A DNA stretch of 61,963 nt, counting the filler, from Nemertoderma westbladi (lineage: Eukaryota; Animalia; Xenacoelomorpha): assembly GCA_032718475.1 (NCBI GenBank). It is 3 parts of 3 records of this genome, joined end to end, with 100 filler letters (N's around TTAATTAATTAA, not from the genome) between each part and the next. Parts side by side here need not be neighbours in the genome. Positions count along the whole stretch, not along the records: positions 25,234 to 43,206 come from JAUCBJ010003277.1; positions 43,307 to 61,963 come from JAUCBJ010003538.1; 1 more part is not named here. One strand, written 5' to 3'. The position numbers and the translations under genes are program-made. Shown here in pieces: positions 38,101 to 51,100 of this stretch. Position 1 is the stretch's first letter; every line of letters begins with the position of its first letter. The notes under the pieces were generated by a model. That model saw only the letters and a list, made by a program, of their open reading frames with translations, was not told the origin of the DNA and did not search any database.

Positions 38101-39805
38101 GACCGTACCCGACTAGTACAGATAGACCGTACCCAACTAGTACAGATAGACCGTACCCGACTAGTGCAGATAGACCGTACCCGACTAGTACAGATAGACC
38201 GTACCCGACTAGTACAGATAGACCGTACCCGACTAGTACAGATAGACCGTACCCGACTAGTACAGATAGACCGTACCCAACTAGTACAGATAGACCGTAC
38301 CCAACTAGTACAGATAGACCGTACCCGACTAGTACAGATAGACCGTACCCAACTAGTACAGATAGACCGTACCCAACTAGTACAGATAGACCGTACCCGA
38401 CTAGTACAGATAGACCGTACCCGACTAGTACAGATAGACCGTACCCGACTAGTACAGATAGACCGTACCCGACTAGTGCAGATAGACCGTACCCGACTAG
38501 TACAGATAGACCGTACCCGACTAGTACAGATAGACCGTACCCGACTAGTACAGATAGACCGTACCCGACTAGTACAGATAGACCGTACCCAACTAGTACA
38601 GATAGACCGTACCCAACTAGTACAGATAGACCGTACCCGACTAGTACAGATAGACCGTACCCGACTAGTACAGATAGACCGTACCCGACTAGTACAGATA
38701 GACCGTACCCGACTAGTACAGATAGACCGTACCCGACTAGTACAGATAGACCGTACCCGACTAGTACAGATAGACCGTACCCGACTAGTACAGATAGACC
38801 GTACCCGACTAGTACAGATAGACCGTACCCAACTAGTACAGATAGACCGTACCCGACTAGTACAGATAGACCGTACCCGACTAGTACAGATAGACCGTAC
38901 CCGACTAGTACAGATAGACCGTACCCGACTAGTACAGATAGACCGTACCCGACTAGTACAGATAGACCGTACCCGACTAGTACAGATAGACCGTACCCAA
39001 CTAGTACAGATAGACCGTACCCGACTAGTACAGATAGACCGTACCCGACTAGTACAGATAGACCGTACCCAACTAGTACAGATAGACCGTACCCGACTAG
39101 TACAGATAGACCGTACCCGACTAGTACAGATAGACCGTACCCGACTAGTACAGATAGACCGTACCCGACTAGTACAGATAGACCGTACCCGACTAGTACA
39201 GATAGACCGTACCCGACTAGTACAGATAGACCGTACCCGACTAGTACAGATAGACCGTACCCGACTAGTACAGATAGACCGTACCCGACTAGTACAGATA
39301 GACCGTACCCGACTAGTACAGATAGACCGTACCCGACTAGTACAGATAGACCGTACCCGACTAGTACAGATAGACCGTACCCAACTAGTACAGATAGACC
39401 GTACCCGACTAGTACAGATAGACCGTACCCGACTAGTACAGATAGACCGTACCCGACTAGTACAGATAGACCGTACCCGACTAGTACAGATAGACCGTAC
39501 CCGACTAGTACAGATAGACCGTACCCGACTAGTACAGATAGACCGTACCCGACTAGTACAGATAGACCGTACCCGACTAGTACAGATAGACCGTACCCGA
39601 CTAGTACAGATAGACCGTACCCGACTAGTACAGATAGACCGTACCCGACTAGTACAGATAGACCGTACCCGACTAGTACAGATAGACCGTACCCGACTAG
39701 TACAGATAGACCGTACCCGACTAGTGCAGATAGACCGTACCCGACTAGTACAGATAGACCGTACCCGACTAGTACAGATAGACCGTACCCAACTAGTACA
39801 GATAG
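35103..39805. repeat. 24-bp minisatellite, about 196 copies
   Basis: Unit ACCGTACCCGACTAGTACAGATAG; nearly invariant. Confidence 0.98.
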
Positions 39806-41302
39806 TACACTAGTACAGCTAAACCGGAACACGTAGCATTTTATTTAGCTGTTTAAAACCCGCGTGTTTACGAAATATCTTTGGAAATCAAATGGAATGT
39901 CAAAGTAAAGTTTATTTGTGAACGTAAAATACGAGAGGCGATCCGAATGCTCCTCTCTCTTGGCTGTTACCTGTCACACTGGGAGGGTGCCGCGCCACAC
40001 TAACTCCCAACGTTAAACACTCCGTAACTATCCTCCTTACCCTTTACAACTTACAACCATATTAATTGCCAAACTAATAAAATAATAATTGCCGTTGCTA
40101 ATTGGAACTTTATTAGTTTGGGGCCTAAAAAGTATCAACTTAACTATTTATTTGTTACGTTTAATACCTAAATTATCTCAATTTAATCCGTAAAATATTA
40201 ATTAATTAATTAATATGCTACGGATAATTTAACTTTTAATTTTCAAAAATAATATTATAAGATAAGATAATTATTAGGGAACTAATTTTTAATAATTCAA
40301 GATGAATAAACCCAATTGGGATCCCCGTAGAAAAACAAAGTTACATTAAATTAAAAAGGTAATTCAAAACAGATTGTACCGGTGTCATATTGCCTAATTT
40401 ATTAATTAATTAATTAATCGTGAAGTTTACTTTAATAATTACTAAAGTGTCGAGTGAAATTGACTTTTTTTTCCAGATCGTTTAGGTTTTCCATAAATGA
40501 ATTTCAGTTGATCTGTTATCGATGGAACGTTAATAAAATGATATTATAATACGTCGTTCAGAAAGCGCGTCACCGGGGGTTGAACAACTTATTACAATAT
40601 CAGTTTCTTCTATAACACTCAGAAATATTTGCTCTAAAGGATGACTGGATTGGATTAGATGACAAGAATTAGGGGGATTAGGGATTCTTCGGATATCACT
40701 TTTTGATATCCGGCCGGATATTAAACTTTATTTTACTAAACGACAGATTATTTATTATTGAAGAAATTAATAAAATATTAAACGATTTGGGGGAATCAGT
40801 ATATTTCACTCCACCCTAAGTATATAAATACATCAATACGGCAAACATTGGGGGAAATGGATTACCAGACGTTATTATTATTATTCGAGGAGTTAAAGTA
40901 TTTATAATAATTGTTAATAATTTATTTACTTAATTCAAGGAAACCTAACCAATCCACCTCCCCTTGTGTATCTTAAACACAATTATTTAGGTTATAATTC
41001 ATTACCGGACGAACTTACATACCTACTGCTACTGCAGGGTGCAGCTCTCCTAAACCCTTAACAAGAGGCTTTAATCTAATAAACTTTGTAGGTTGTTTTA
41101 GATTTGAGCCTCACATAGTAAGGTTAGAGCCTACGTGGGGTATCCCATTTATGGCTTGGCCTAATCAAAAAAGTAAACCAAATTATAACTATTAAGTTAC
41201 TGATTTCTCGACTGATTAATTAAATTAATAGAGTAAGTTCGTCCCGAAATGAATTATATCCGTTATTCAAGGCTTTGTATAACATTCCGACGTAGCTAAC
41301 CG

Positions 41303-42217
41303 CTAACTATGCGACTTAGTCAACCCCAAATACCATTTAAAGAACTCGTAAACGGACCAGGTCAACCCTGTAGACGGCATCTGGTAGATAACCCGGGCCT
41401 TTACCCCCCTCAGGAAGCCCCGGTGGCCGTGCTGCCTCCATATAGTCCGAGCGGCGGCCCCCATACCGACAATAAACGAGCGACTAGCGACCTCCCCGGA
41501 CCCCGTACCCTGCGTGTTCAATAAAGTCTTCATCACGTCCAAGGGGTTAGTGATTAACGCCGCGGTGCCGCCGGCCATAGCTCCGGATGTTAGATGCGTC
41601 AACGGGTTGTATAGGCGCTCGGGGTTGGATATATTCTGGGAGTATTCGTAAACGCAGAAGTGGCTGACTTGGAAGGGAATGTTCATAGTTAGTTGCGTCG
41701 TGTAACTGCGGTAGAACGCTCGGAAACCTTCTATACGGAGAACCGCGGCCGCGCAGTTGCAGACGCCGGTGTAGGGACTACTGTAGACCTGCATGCGTTG
41801 TTTGATAACGTCGACGGGGGACATTATAGCGTCGTGTAGCAGCGTGGCTACAGTACCTGCGAATAGTACAGACGCACCGGGGTAAAGAGGCGTCTTCAGA
41901 GTGGATTTAAGGTGTTCGTATACGCTGAAGTACATAGCGTGAGCGGGGCCGGCGCCGGTTACTACCACGTTTATTCCGCGTAAGGTTCGCAAAGGGCCTT
42001 CGCGGACGGATATCTTGCGGAATGCGTCAACTATACCGAGGTACTGGGCGTTCACACATGGTCGCAGACATTGCATTCGCGTTTTTACGAGGTCGAATGG
42101 GTACATCACGCAGTGTTCCGTGATTCCGGCTACACAACCGGCTGCCATGTGGGTTTGTGTCGGGGCCCAGTCCGGGAGAGATTCGTAGATATCGTCGCAG
42201 TCTTCGACATGCGCCAT
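41303..42217 (-). CDS. mfrn: Mitoferrin (mitochondrial iron carrier, SLC25A28/SLC25A37 family), single coding exon, 304 aa
   Basis: YESLP...THMAAGCVAGITEHCVMYPFDLVKTRMQ, GAGPAHAMYF, YRSYTTQLTMNIPF, three Px(D/E)xx(K/R) carrier motifs; first ATG at 42217. Confidence 0.95.
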   Translation of the reverse strand: MAHVEDCDDIYESLPDWAPTQTHMAAGCVAGITEHCVMYPFDLVKTRMQCLRPCVNAQYLGIVDAFRKISVREGPLRTLRGINVVVTGAGPAHAMYFSVYEHLKSTLKTPLYPGASVLFAGTVATLLHDAIMSPVDVIKQRMQVYSSPYTGVCNCAAAVLRIEGFRAFYRSYTTQLTMNIPFQVSHFCVYEYSQNISNPERLYNPLTHLTSGAMAGGTAALITNPLDVMKTLLNTQGTGSGEVASRSFIVGMGAAARTIWRQHGHRGFLRGVKARVIYQMPSTGLTWSVYEFFKWYLGLTKSHS

Positions 42218-43206
42218 ACCAGGACGGACGGACGGACAGTCAGGCCTGCAGGCAGCGGAGTTTATTGTTACGTACTGACGTAGATCTTTGGGTTCCCTTT
42301 CCACTAAATCTGAAATCAACCAGTTCACAGCTGAGTCTTGGGTCAGAGGGTAGGCAGTACCTGCAGTAGGCTCTAATTCTGAATGTGGAATGTTCCTGTT
42401 CCAGTTCCAGTATTATTGGCGTAGATAGGCGTACCTACCTACCGCAGTACCGTACCGTATTCAGTCAGGTATTCCAGAATTGTCTGCCTGTCTGCGTGCC
42501 AGCGTGCTCGTGCTGGCGGGTGTTAGCATGTAGCGTGGACGACTGCGCGACTGGTACCGTACCTGTGGTACTGGTGCGGGTTAATAACCCACTACGCAAA
42601 CGACTTAATAATATAGGCCTACCGCTGTACCGGTACCGGTAACAGGTAATGGCAATGATTCGATCTGTCGATACGGATCGGTTACACAATAAGCAAGCGA
42701 GCGGCAAACAGAAATTACTTTTCAGTTTTAAATTAATTTAGCAAAAATTATTAGGCCTACTGTACTGCTGTACTGCTGTATTAGGTTACCTATCACCTCC
42801 ACCTTTCTGCCTTTCAGCTTGTACAAATACTGCTAATACATACCGCATACCGGTACAGCGGTAACGTAATAGGAGACGTACCGGTAGGCCTGAGGCAGTG
42901 AGGGCCGACCCCGGCCTACAGTAACAGTACCCGTAGGAACATTGTATTCTTCACATGGATGAGGCAGTAGCGGCTCTAGAATTTCTGAAGGAGGCCGGAC
43001 ACCTTTTATAAATAGGCCCTACCGCACACGTACATACCACAGAGGCTCAGTCGCTCAGACCCAGACTGCAAGAAATTGAAAAATGAAATAATTGCTGCTG
43101 GAGAATTCATTCATCGCGTGGTGTAGGCGTACTGTGAGAATTGACCACTGGCATAACTTAAATATTGAGAGCATAGTAGCTGCGTCACTGACCAGAAAAT
43201 TAAATA

Positions 43207-43306
43207 NNNNNNNNNNNNNNNNNNNNNNNNNNNNNNNNNNNNNNNNNNNNTTAATTAATTAANNNNNNNNNNNNNNNNNNNNNNNNNNNNNNNNNNNNNN
43301 NNNNNN
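43207..43306. other. Artificial contig linker
   Basis: 44 N + TTAATTAATTAA + 44 N. Confidence 0.97.
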
Positions 43307-43308
43307 CG

Positions 43309-43446
43309 CAACTCCTTTGTGCTACTTGTTTCGACCTGACCGTCGGTTTACTTCGCGTTCTAGAGATGGTAGTGTCGGTTGCCCCGCAACTACTCACAGA
43401 TGATTCCAGACCTTCCTGTGACGTCTTACTAACGCGAACAGTCCAG
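43309..43446 (+). CDS. RNF123: E3 ubiquitin ligase RNF123/KPC1, partial exon
   Basis: QLLCATCFDLTVGLLRVLEMVVSVAP...LLTRTVQ resembles the RNF123 segment CATCFDLSVSLLRVLEM; donor CAG|GTAATT. Confidence 0.85.
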
Positions 43447-43561
43447 GTAATTATTATCACGATCCCCTTAACAACTAAAAACACTTTATTTTTATTTTTA
43501 TGTCAGGAAAATCTCGACTATTTTTAGATGCTGACTCACGTGCTATCTCGACTATTTTTAG

Positions 43562-43892
43562 ATGCTGACTCACGTGCTTTCTCGAGTAACCAATCCCGAG
43601 GGTAGTTTCCGCCGAGCGGTTACATCTAATCTTCCCGGCTTAGAATCGGTTCATTACTACCCGATTCTGACCGCGGTCGTCGGAATATTCGCTAAACTCA
43701 TACTGACCGCGACTCCGCGCAGCAAACAGGTTGCCATGGATACTGTGTTGGACGAGGCCGGCTTTGATGTCAAGGGGTTCGAGTTTGTGCTCGGTGCTGG
43801 CTCGAGCTCGGGTGCCCAGCGATTGGGTCCCGGGGTCACTGTATCCGCCGCGGAGTACGATCGTATCAATGGAACATTCTCCATTAGAAAGT
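43562..43892 (+). CDS. RNF123: RNF123/KPC1 penultimate exon
   Basis: MLTHVLSRVT...LPGLESVHYYPILTAVVGI; TTTTTAG acceptor; donor T|GTAAGT, phase 1. Confidence 0.85.
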
Positions 43893-43957
43893 GTAAGTCA
43901 ACTACAAATGTAACTTATTTTAATTCGAATTAAAATGTTTGTTTATAAAAATTAAGA

Positions 43958-44800
43958 TCACTTCCTCAACTTGCTTGGGCAGCCACCAAACATCGAGGTC
44001 AGCCCTACAAGGAAAATATATGACAAGACGCTACCTATAGAAAAAGGGGACTTCACACCCGCCGAACTCCAAAGAAGCATTAAAAGCATGTCCAATAATA
44101 AAGCGAGTGGATTAGATGAAATCCCTGCAGAGGTTTGGGAAGCAGGGTTGCTAAACAGACTATTATTGGATGTTTGCAACCGGATACTGAAAGTGACAAA
44201 ATCACCCATTTGTGGACTTCAAGAAAGTATTCGACTCCATCCATAGAGTTAAAATGCTGGAAATCCTAAGAGCTTATGGAATACCAGAAGTAATCGTTGC
44301 TGGCATTGGGTTGTTATATTGTGACAAATTGTGACAGGTACTCTCACCAGATGGTGAAACTGAGTTTTTCTCAATCCTGGCTGGCGTACTGCAAGGTCAC
44401 ACATTAGCACCATTACTATTTGTAATTGTACTGGATTACGCAATGAAGACGGCCACGAAGGGTGAAGATCTGGGATTCACACTACAAGAACGCAGAAGTA
44501 GCCAGCTATCCGGAAACTACAGTAACACATGTATCAACCACCGTCTATGAATGCAGATTAAATTAAAATTCAGTGGCAACTGCGCTGGAGAAGTAAAGAC
44601 GAGGTCATACCAGATCTACTTTTCTGGCAACCAACTCATGGAAAGCGTACCAGTGGACGACCGGCTATAACATATATAGATCAACTTGAAAGGGATACTG
44701 AACTTGGGAGAAACGAAATTGCGACAACTATGGAGAATCGGGAAGCCTGGAAGGATCTCATTTCCACTGTCCGAGTTCGCTCGATCTAGTAGTAGTAGTA
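43958..44800 (+). mobile_element. Degenerate RTE-type LINE fragment in the RNF123 intron
   Basis: KASGLDEIPAEVW, FVDFKKVFDSIHR, GVLQGHTLAPLLF motifs with deletions and frameshifts; (AGT)n tail at about 44788-44800. Confidence 0.85.
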
Positions 44801-44918
44801 ACAATATGTAGAGAAATGTAGTATTGAGAAATCCTTTTTATTACGTCGGCCACATTACCCGCGTTGCTATCTTACTTTTAATTTCATTACATTATTATTC
44901 TAATTTTTTATAATTTAG

Positions 44919-45181
44919 ATGGAGAAATTAGTCCGGAAGAGGTAACTCAAGTCGAACAATTGTTAACGTTGCTACGACATCGGGAGCGGGAACGGGCGGG
45001 TTCCGCGGTGGTTATCCACGAAGACTCGTTGTGTACGATCTGTTACGCGCGGGAGGAATCCGTCGCGTTCGAGCCGTGCAAACACAGGAGCTGTCGGCCC
45101 TGTATCAGCCAACAGAGGATGAATAAAAACCCGTGTTTCTTCTGTAAGGCCGAGGTGCTATCAGTTACTAATCTTAAATAA
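44919..45181 (+). CDS. RNF123: RNF123/KPC1 last exon with C-terminal RING finger
   Basis: TTTAG acceptor, phase 1; YGEISPEEVTQVEQLL...CTICYA...FEPCKHRSCRPCISQQRMNKNPCFFCKA, stop TAA. Confidence 0.9.
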
Positions 45182-45619
45182 ACGTGCTATTACAGTTAAA
45201 TATTACAGTACAAAACTGTTTTATTTATTGTTTATATATTATGAATTTACAATTACTTTTCTTAACTAAACTTTACTTAGTTCTATAGTAATTAATTATT
45301 ATATTACGAACACCTTTGGTTATCATTTAACATTCTATTCATTACCATTATTATATTACGTAATTAAATTTTCGGTTAACGGACTTTAATTTTTAAAACC
45401 AAGAAGGAAGTATATACTATTCTGAAATCTTATAGCAACTTTTTTTTATCTCAAGGAAGGAATAATGCGAATTAAGAGGGCAAAAAAAAACGAAAAAACA
45501 TTATAGTTTCGATTCCTGGATGGGGCTGCACTGTTTGGGCGCAGTGTTTTAAATGCTGCAGCCTAGCTCAACCTTGGCTGTCATCCGTGACTGGTCAATA
45601 AATGAGAACCAAGGCAACG

Positions 45620-48148
45620 GTATTCTTTAGGAAACAGAGTGAAAGGGTTTACTGTGGAGTCACCCATGGTGGTGAACAGGCAACCCTTTAGGAAACAGAG
45701 AGGAAGCAGGTTTACTGTGGAGTCACCCATGGTGGTGAACAGGCAACCCTTTAGGAAACAGAGAGGAAGGGTTTACTGTGGAGGAAGATCACCCATGGTG
45801 GTGAACAGGCATTCCTTTGGAAACAGAGAGGAAGGGTTTACTGTGGAAGATCACCCATGGTGGTGAACAGGTATTCCTTTAGGAAACAGAGTGGAAGGGT
45901 TTATTGTGGAAGATCACCCATGGTGGTGAACAGGAATTCATTTGGAAACAGAGAGGAAGGGTTTACTGTGGAAGGTTACCAATAGTGGTGAACACTGAAC
46001 AGGCATTCCTTTGGAAACAGAGAGGAAGGGTTTACTGTGGAGGTAGATCACCCATGGTGGTGAACAGGCATTCCTTTGGAAACAGAGAGGAAGGGTTTAC
46101 TGTGGAAGATCACCCATGGTGGTGAACAGGTATTCCTTTGGAAACAGAGTGGAAGGGTTTACTATGGAAGATCACCCATGGTGGTGAACAGGCATTCCTT
46201 GAGGAAACAGAGTGGAAGGGTTTACTGTGGAAGATCACTCATGGTGGTGAACAGGCATTCCTTTGGAAACGGAGAGGAAGGGTTTACTGTGGAGGAAGAT
46301 CACCCATGGTGGTGAACAGGCATTCCTTTGGAAACAGAGAGGAAGGGTTTACTGTGGAAGATCACCCATGGTGGTGAACAGGCATTCCTTTGGAAACAGA
46401 GTGGAATGGTTTACTGTGGAGGTAGATCACCCATGGTGGTGAACAGGCATTCCTTTGGAAATAGAGAGGAAGGGTTTACTGTGGAGGAAGATCACCCATG
46501 GTGGTGAACAGGCATTCCTTTGGAAACAGAGTGGAAGGGTTTACTGTGGAAGATCACTCATGGTGGTGAACAGGCATTCCTTTGGAAACGGAGAGGAAGG
46601 GTTTACTGTGGAGGAAGATCACCCATGGTGGTGAACAGGCATTCCTTTGGAAACAGAGTGGAAGGGTTTACTGTGGAAGATCACTCATGGTGGTGAACAG
46701 GCATTCCTTTGGAAACGGAGAGGAAGGGTTTACTGTGGAGGAAGATCACCCATGGTGGTGAACAGGCATTCCTTTGGAAACAGAGAGAAAGGGTTTACTG
46801 TGGAAGATCACCCATGGTGGTGAACAGGCATTCATTTGGAAACAGAGAGGAAGGGTTTACTGTGGAAGGTTACCAATAGTGGTGAACAGGCATTCATTTA
46901 GGAAACAGAGAGGAAGGGTTTACTGTGGAAGATCACTCATGGTGGTGAACAGGCATTCCTTTGGAAACGGAGAGGAAGGGTTTACTGTGGAGGAAGATCA
47001 CCCATGGTGGTGAACAGGCATTCCTTTGGAAACAGAGAGGAAGGGTTTACTGTGGAAGATCACCCATGGTGGTGAACAGGCATTCATTTAGGAAACAGAG
47101 TGGAAGGGTTTACTGTGGAAGATCACTCATGGTGGTGAACAGGCATTCCTTTGAAAACGGAGAGGAAGGGTTTACTGTGGAGGAAGATCACCCATGGTGG
47201 TGAACAGGCATTCCTTTGGAAACAGAGAGGAAGGGTTTACTGTGGAAGATCACCCATGGTGGTGAACAGGCATTCATTTGGAAACAGAGAGGAAGGGTTT
47301 ACTGTGGAAGGTTACCAATAGTGGTGAACAGGCATTGTGAAACAGAGTGAAAGAGTTTATTGTGGAAGAGCACATGGTAGTGAACACACATTCCGGTTGG
47401 AAACAGAGTGGAAGGGTTTACTGTGGAAGATCAAGCATGGTGGTGAACAGGCATTCCTTTGGAAACAGAGAGGAAGGGTTTACTGTGGAAGATCACCCAT
47501 GGTGGTGAACACTGAACAGGCATTCCTTTGGAAACGGAGAGGAAGGGTTTACTGTGGAGGAAGATCACCCATGGTGGTGAACAGGCATTCCTTTGGAAAC
47601 AGAGAGGAAGGGTTTACTGTGGAAGATCACCCATGGTGGTGAACACTGAACAGGCATTCCTTTGGAAACGGAGAGGAAGGGTTTACTGTGGAGGAAGATC
47701 ACCCATGGTGGTAAACAGGCATTCCTTTGGAAACAGAGAGAAAGGGTTTACTGTGGAAGATCACCCATGGCGGCGAACAGGCATTCCTTTAGGAAACATA
47801 GTGGAAGGGTTTACTGTGGTAGATCACCCATGGTGGTGAACAGGCATTTCTTTGGGAAACAGAGTGGAAGGGTTTACTGTGGAATCACCCATGGTGGTGA
47901 ACAGGCAACCTTTTAGGAAACAGAGAGGAAGGGTTTACTGTGGAAGATCACCCATGGTGGTGAACAGGGATTCCTTTGGAAACAGAGAGGACGGGTTTAC
48001 TGTGGAGGAAGATCACTCATGGTGGTGAACAGGCATTCCTTTGGAAACAGAGAGGAAGGGTTTACTGTGGAAGATCACCCATGGTGGTGAACAGGCATTC
48101 ATTTGGAAACAGAGAGGACGGGTTTACTGTGGAGGAAGATCACCCATG
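45620..48148. repeat. 62/65-bp minisatellite, left part
   Basis: Unit GGAAACAGAGAGGAAGGGTTTACTGTGGA(GGA)AGATCACCCATGGTGGTGAACAGGCATTCCTTT. Confidence 0.96.
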
Positions 48149-51100
48149 CTGCCGTTGTTTGGCAATACACCCTATCTCAAAATTTTCAAAAAAAAATTTA
48201 TTTGACCAATTGGGGTAACTTGACACGCTCTTTTCAATGAAACTAAGAAAAGTGGGGTGTTCCTTTCACGAAATCGGACTTTTTCAATCTTAAAACACCC
48301 CATGGCAGCATCTTAAATCAACAGCTGCGAGGCAAAACACCCCATAACTAAATTTGACCAAATAGGTTGCTTTGCCTTGTTAACTCTGTCGACCAAATAA
48401 CCCTATCCTTGAGTTAGGGTTTTTTGCCTTGCGCTTTACTTTTAAACCAATCAATTATTTAAGGAATTGACCAATCAGAAGTAATATCCTTTGTCATTTA
48501 ATAATATTTATTTACACTACTTAAAGGTAACTTGTCTGGCGGGAAATTAATTTTAGTTATTTTAATTTGACCTGGCGCAAATTAATTTACCCTATCTAGT
48601 TATATTGATTTTTGTTAGGAATTTACTCTTTATTACAACCAACAATGTACTAACAGTCTTGTAAATTTTAAGGGGAAATGGAGTTTGACATTAATGACGA
48701 GGAAGATAATCTGGATACGTTTTTTGGATTTGTTATTACATCAGAAGGAGAATAGGAACTGGGACAAATGGAGTAGTTGGACGCGGGGCCTGGGATGGGT
48801 GATGTAGTCGTAGTGTTAGGTACTAGGGAAGCGGAAGGTGAAGAAGATGGAGCTCTTGTTGGAACTGGGGGAGGTGGAATGGTTGTTGGAACTGGGAAGT
48901 TGGAATGGTTGTTGGAACTGGGGAAGGTGGAATGGTTGTTGGAACTGGGAAGTTGGAATGGTTGTTGGAACTGGGGAAGGTGGAATGGTTGTTGGAACTG
49001 GGGAAGGTGGAATGGTTGTTGGAACTGGGGATGGTGGAATGGTTGTTGGAACTGGGGAAGGTGGAATGGTTGTTGGAACTGGGGATGGTGGAATGGTTGT
49101 TGGAACTGGGAAGTTGGAATGGTTGTTGGAACTGGGGAAGGTGGAATGGTTGTTGGAACTGGGGATGGTGGAATGGTTGTTGGAACTGGGGATGGTGGAA
49201 TGGTTGTTGGAACTGGGGATGGTGGAATGGTTGTTGGAACTGGGAAGTTGGAATGGTTGTTGGAACTGGGGAAGGTGGAATGGTTGTTGGAACTGGGGAT
49301 GGTGGAATGGTTGTTGGAACTGGGGATGGTGGAATGGTTGTTGGAACTGGGAAGTTGGAATGGTTGTTGGAACTGGGGAAGGTGGAATGGTTGTTGGAAC
49401 TGGGGATGGTGGAATGGTTGTTGGAACTGGGGATGGTGGAATGGTTGTTGGAACTGGGGAAGGTGGAATGGTTGTCGGAACTGGGGATGGTGGAATGGTT
49501 GTTGGAACTGGGGATGGTGGAATGGTTGCTGGAACTGGGGATGGTGGAATGGTTGTTGGAACTGGGAAGTTGGAATGGTTGTTGGAACTGGGGAAGGTGG
49601 AATGGTTGTTGGAACTGGGGATGGTGGAATGGTTGTTGGAACTGGGGATGGTGGAATGGTTGTTGGAACTGGGAAGTTGGAATGGTTGTTGGAACTGGGG
49701 AAGGTGGAATGGTTGTTGGAACTGGGAAGTTGGAATGGTTGTTGGAACTGGGGAAGGTGGAATGGTTGTTGGAACTGGGGATGGTGGAATGGTTGTTGGA
49801 ACTGGGGATGGTGGAATGGTTGTTGGAACTGGGGAAGGTGGAATGGTTGTCGGAACTGGGGATGGTGGAATGGTTGTTGGAACAGGGGATGGTGGAATGG
49901 TTGTTGGAACTGGGGAAGGTGGAATGGTTGTTGGAACTGGGGATGGTGGAATGGTTGTTGGAACTGGGGATGGTGGAATGGTTGTTGGAACTGGAGATGG
50001 TGGAATGGTTGTTGGAACTAGGAAGTTGGAATGGTTGTTGGAACTGGGGATGGTGGAATGGTTGTTGGAACTGGGGAAGGTGGAATGGTTGTTGGAACTG
50101 GGGATGGTGGAATGGTTGTTGGAACTGGGAAGTTGGAATGGTTGTTGGAACTGGGGAAGGTGGAATGGTTGTTGGAACTGGGGAAAGTGGAATGGTTGTT
50201 GGAACTGGGGAAAGTGGAATGGTTGCTGGAACTGGGGAAGGGAATGGTTGTTGGAACTGGGGAAGGTGGAATGGTTGTTGGAACTGGGGATGGTGGAATG
50301 GTTGTTGGAACTGGGGAAGGTGGAATGGTTGTTGGAACTGGGGATGGTGGAATGGTTGTTGGAACTGGGGAAGGTGGAATGGTTGTTGGAACTGGGGAAG
50401 GTGGAATGGTTGTTGGAACTGAGGATGGTGGAATGGTTGCTGGAACTGGGGAGTGGAATGGTTGTTGGAACTGGGGAAGGTGGAATGGTTGTTGGAACTG
50501 GGGATGGTGGAATGGTTGTTGGAACTGGGGAAGGTGGAATGGTTGCTGGAACTGGGGAAGGTGGAATGGTTGTTGGAACTGGGGAAGGTGGAATGGTTGT
50601 TGGAACTGGGGAAGGTGGAATGGTTGTTGGAACTGGGGAAGGTGGAATGGTTGTTGGAACTGGGGAAGGTGGAATGGTTGTTGGAACTGGGGAAGGTGGA
50701 ATGGTTGTTGGAACTGGGGAAGGTGGAATGGTTGTTGGAACTGGGAAGTTGGAATGGTTGTTGGAACTGGGGAAGGTGGAATGGTTGTTGGAACTGGGGA
50801 AGGTGGAATGGTTGTTGGAACTGGGGATGGTGGAATGGTTGTTGGAACTGGGGAAGGTGGAATGGTTGTTGGAACTGGGGATGGTGGAATGGTTGTTGGA
50901 ACTGGGAAGTTGGAATGGTTGTTGGAACTGGGGAAGGTGGAATGGTTGTTGGAACTGGGGATGGTGGAATGGTTGTTGGAACTGGGGATGGTGGAATGGT
51001 TGTTGGAACTGGGAAGTTGGAATGGTTGTTGGAACTGGGGAAGGTGGAATGGTTGTTGGAACTGGGGATGGTGGAATGGTTGTTGGAACTGGGGATGGTG

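Noticed and set aside
35099-39832. Long ORFs (RTRLVQID)n and (GYGLSVLV)n
   Set aside because: By-products of a stop-free 24-bp unit; open on both strands with no unique coding flanks.
42218-42328. N-terminal extension of mitoferrin in the ORF track
   Set aside because: Non-ATG start, no recognisable family similarity, and it contains a footprint scar; likely 5' UTR.
25134-43306. Gene-neighbourhood links among ZF genes, collagen/mitoferrin and RNF123
   Set aside because: Separated by artificial linkers; adjacency is not evidence of linkage.
45520-45612. Possible SINE remnant (CATCC...GGTCAATAAATGAGAACCA)
   Set aside because: Too short and degenerate; no A/B boxes or TSD seen.
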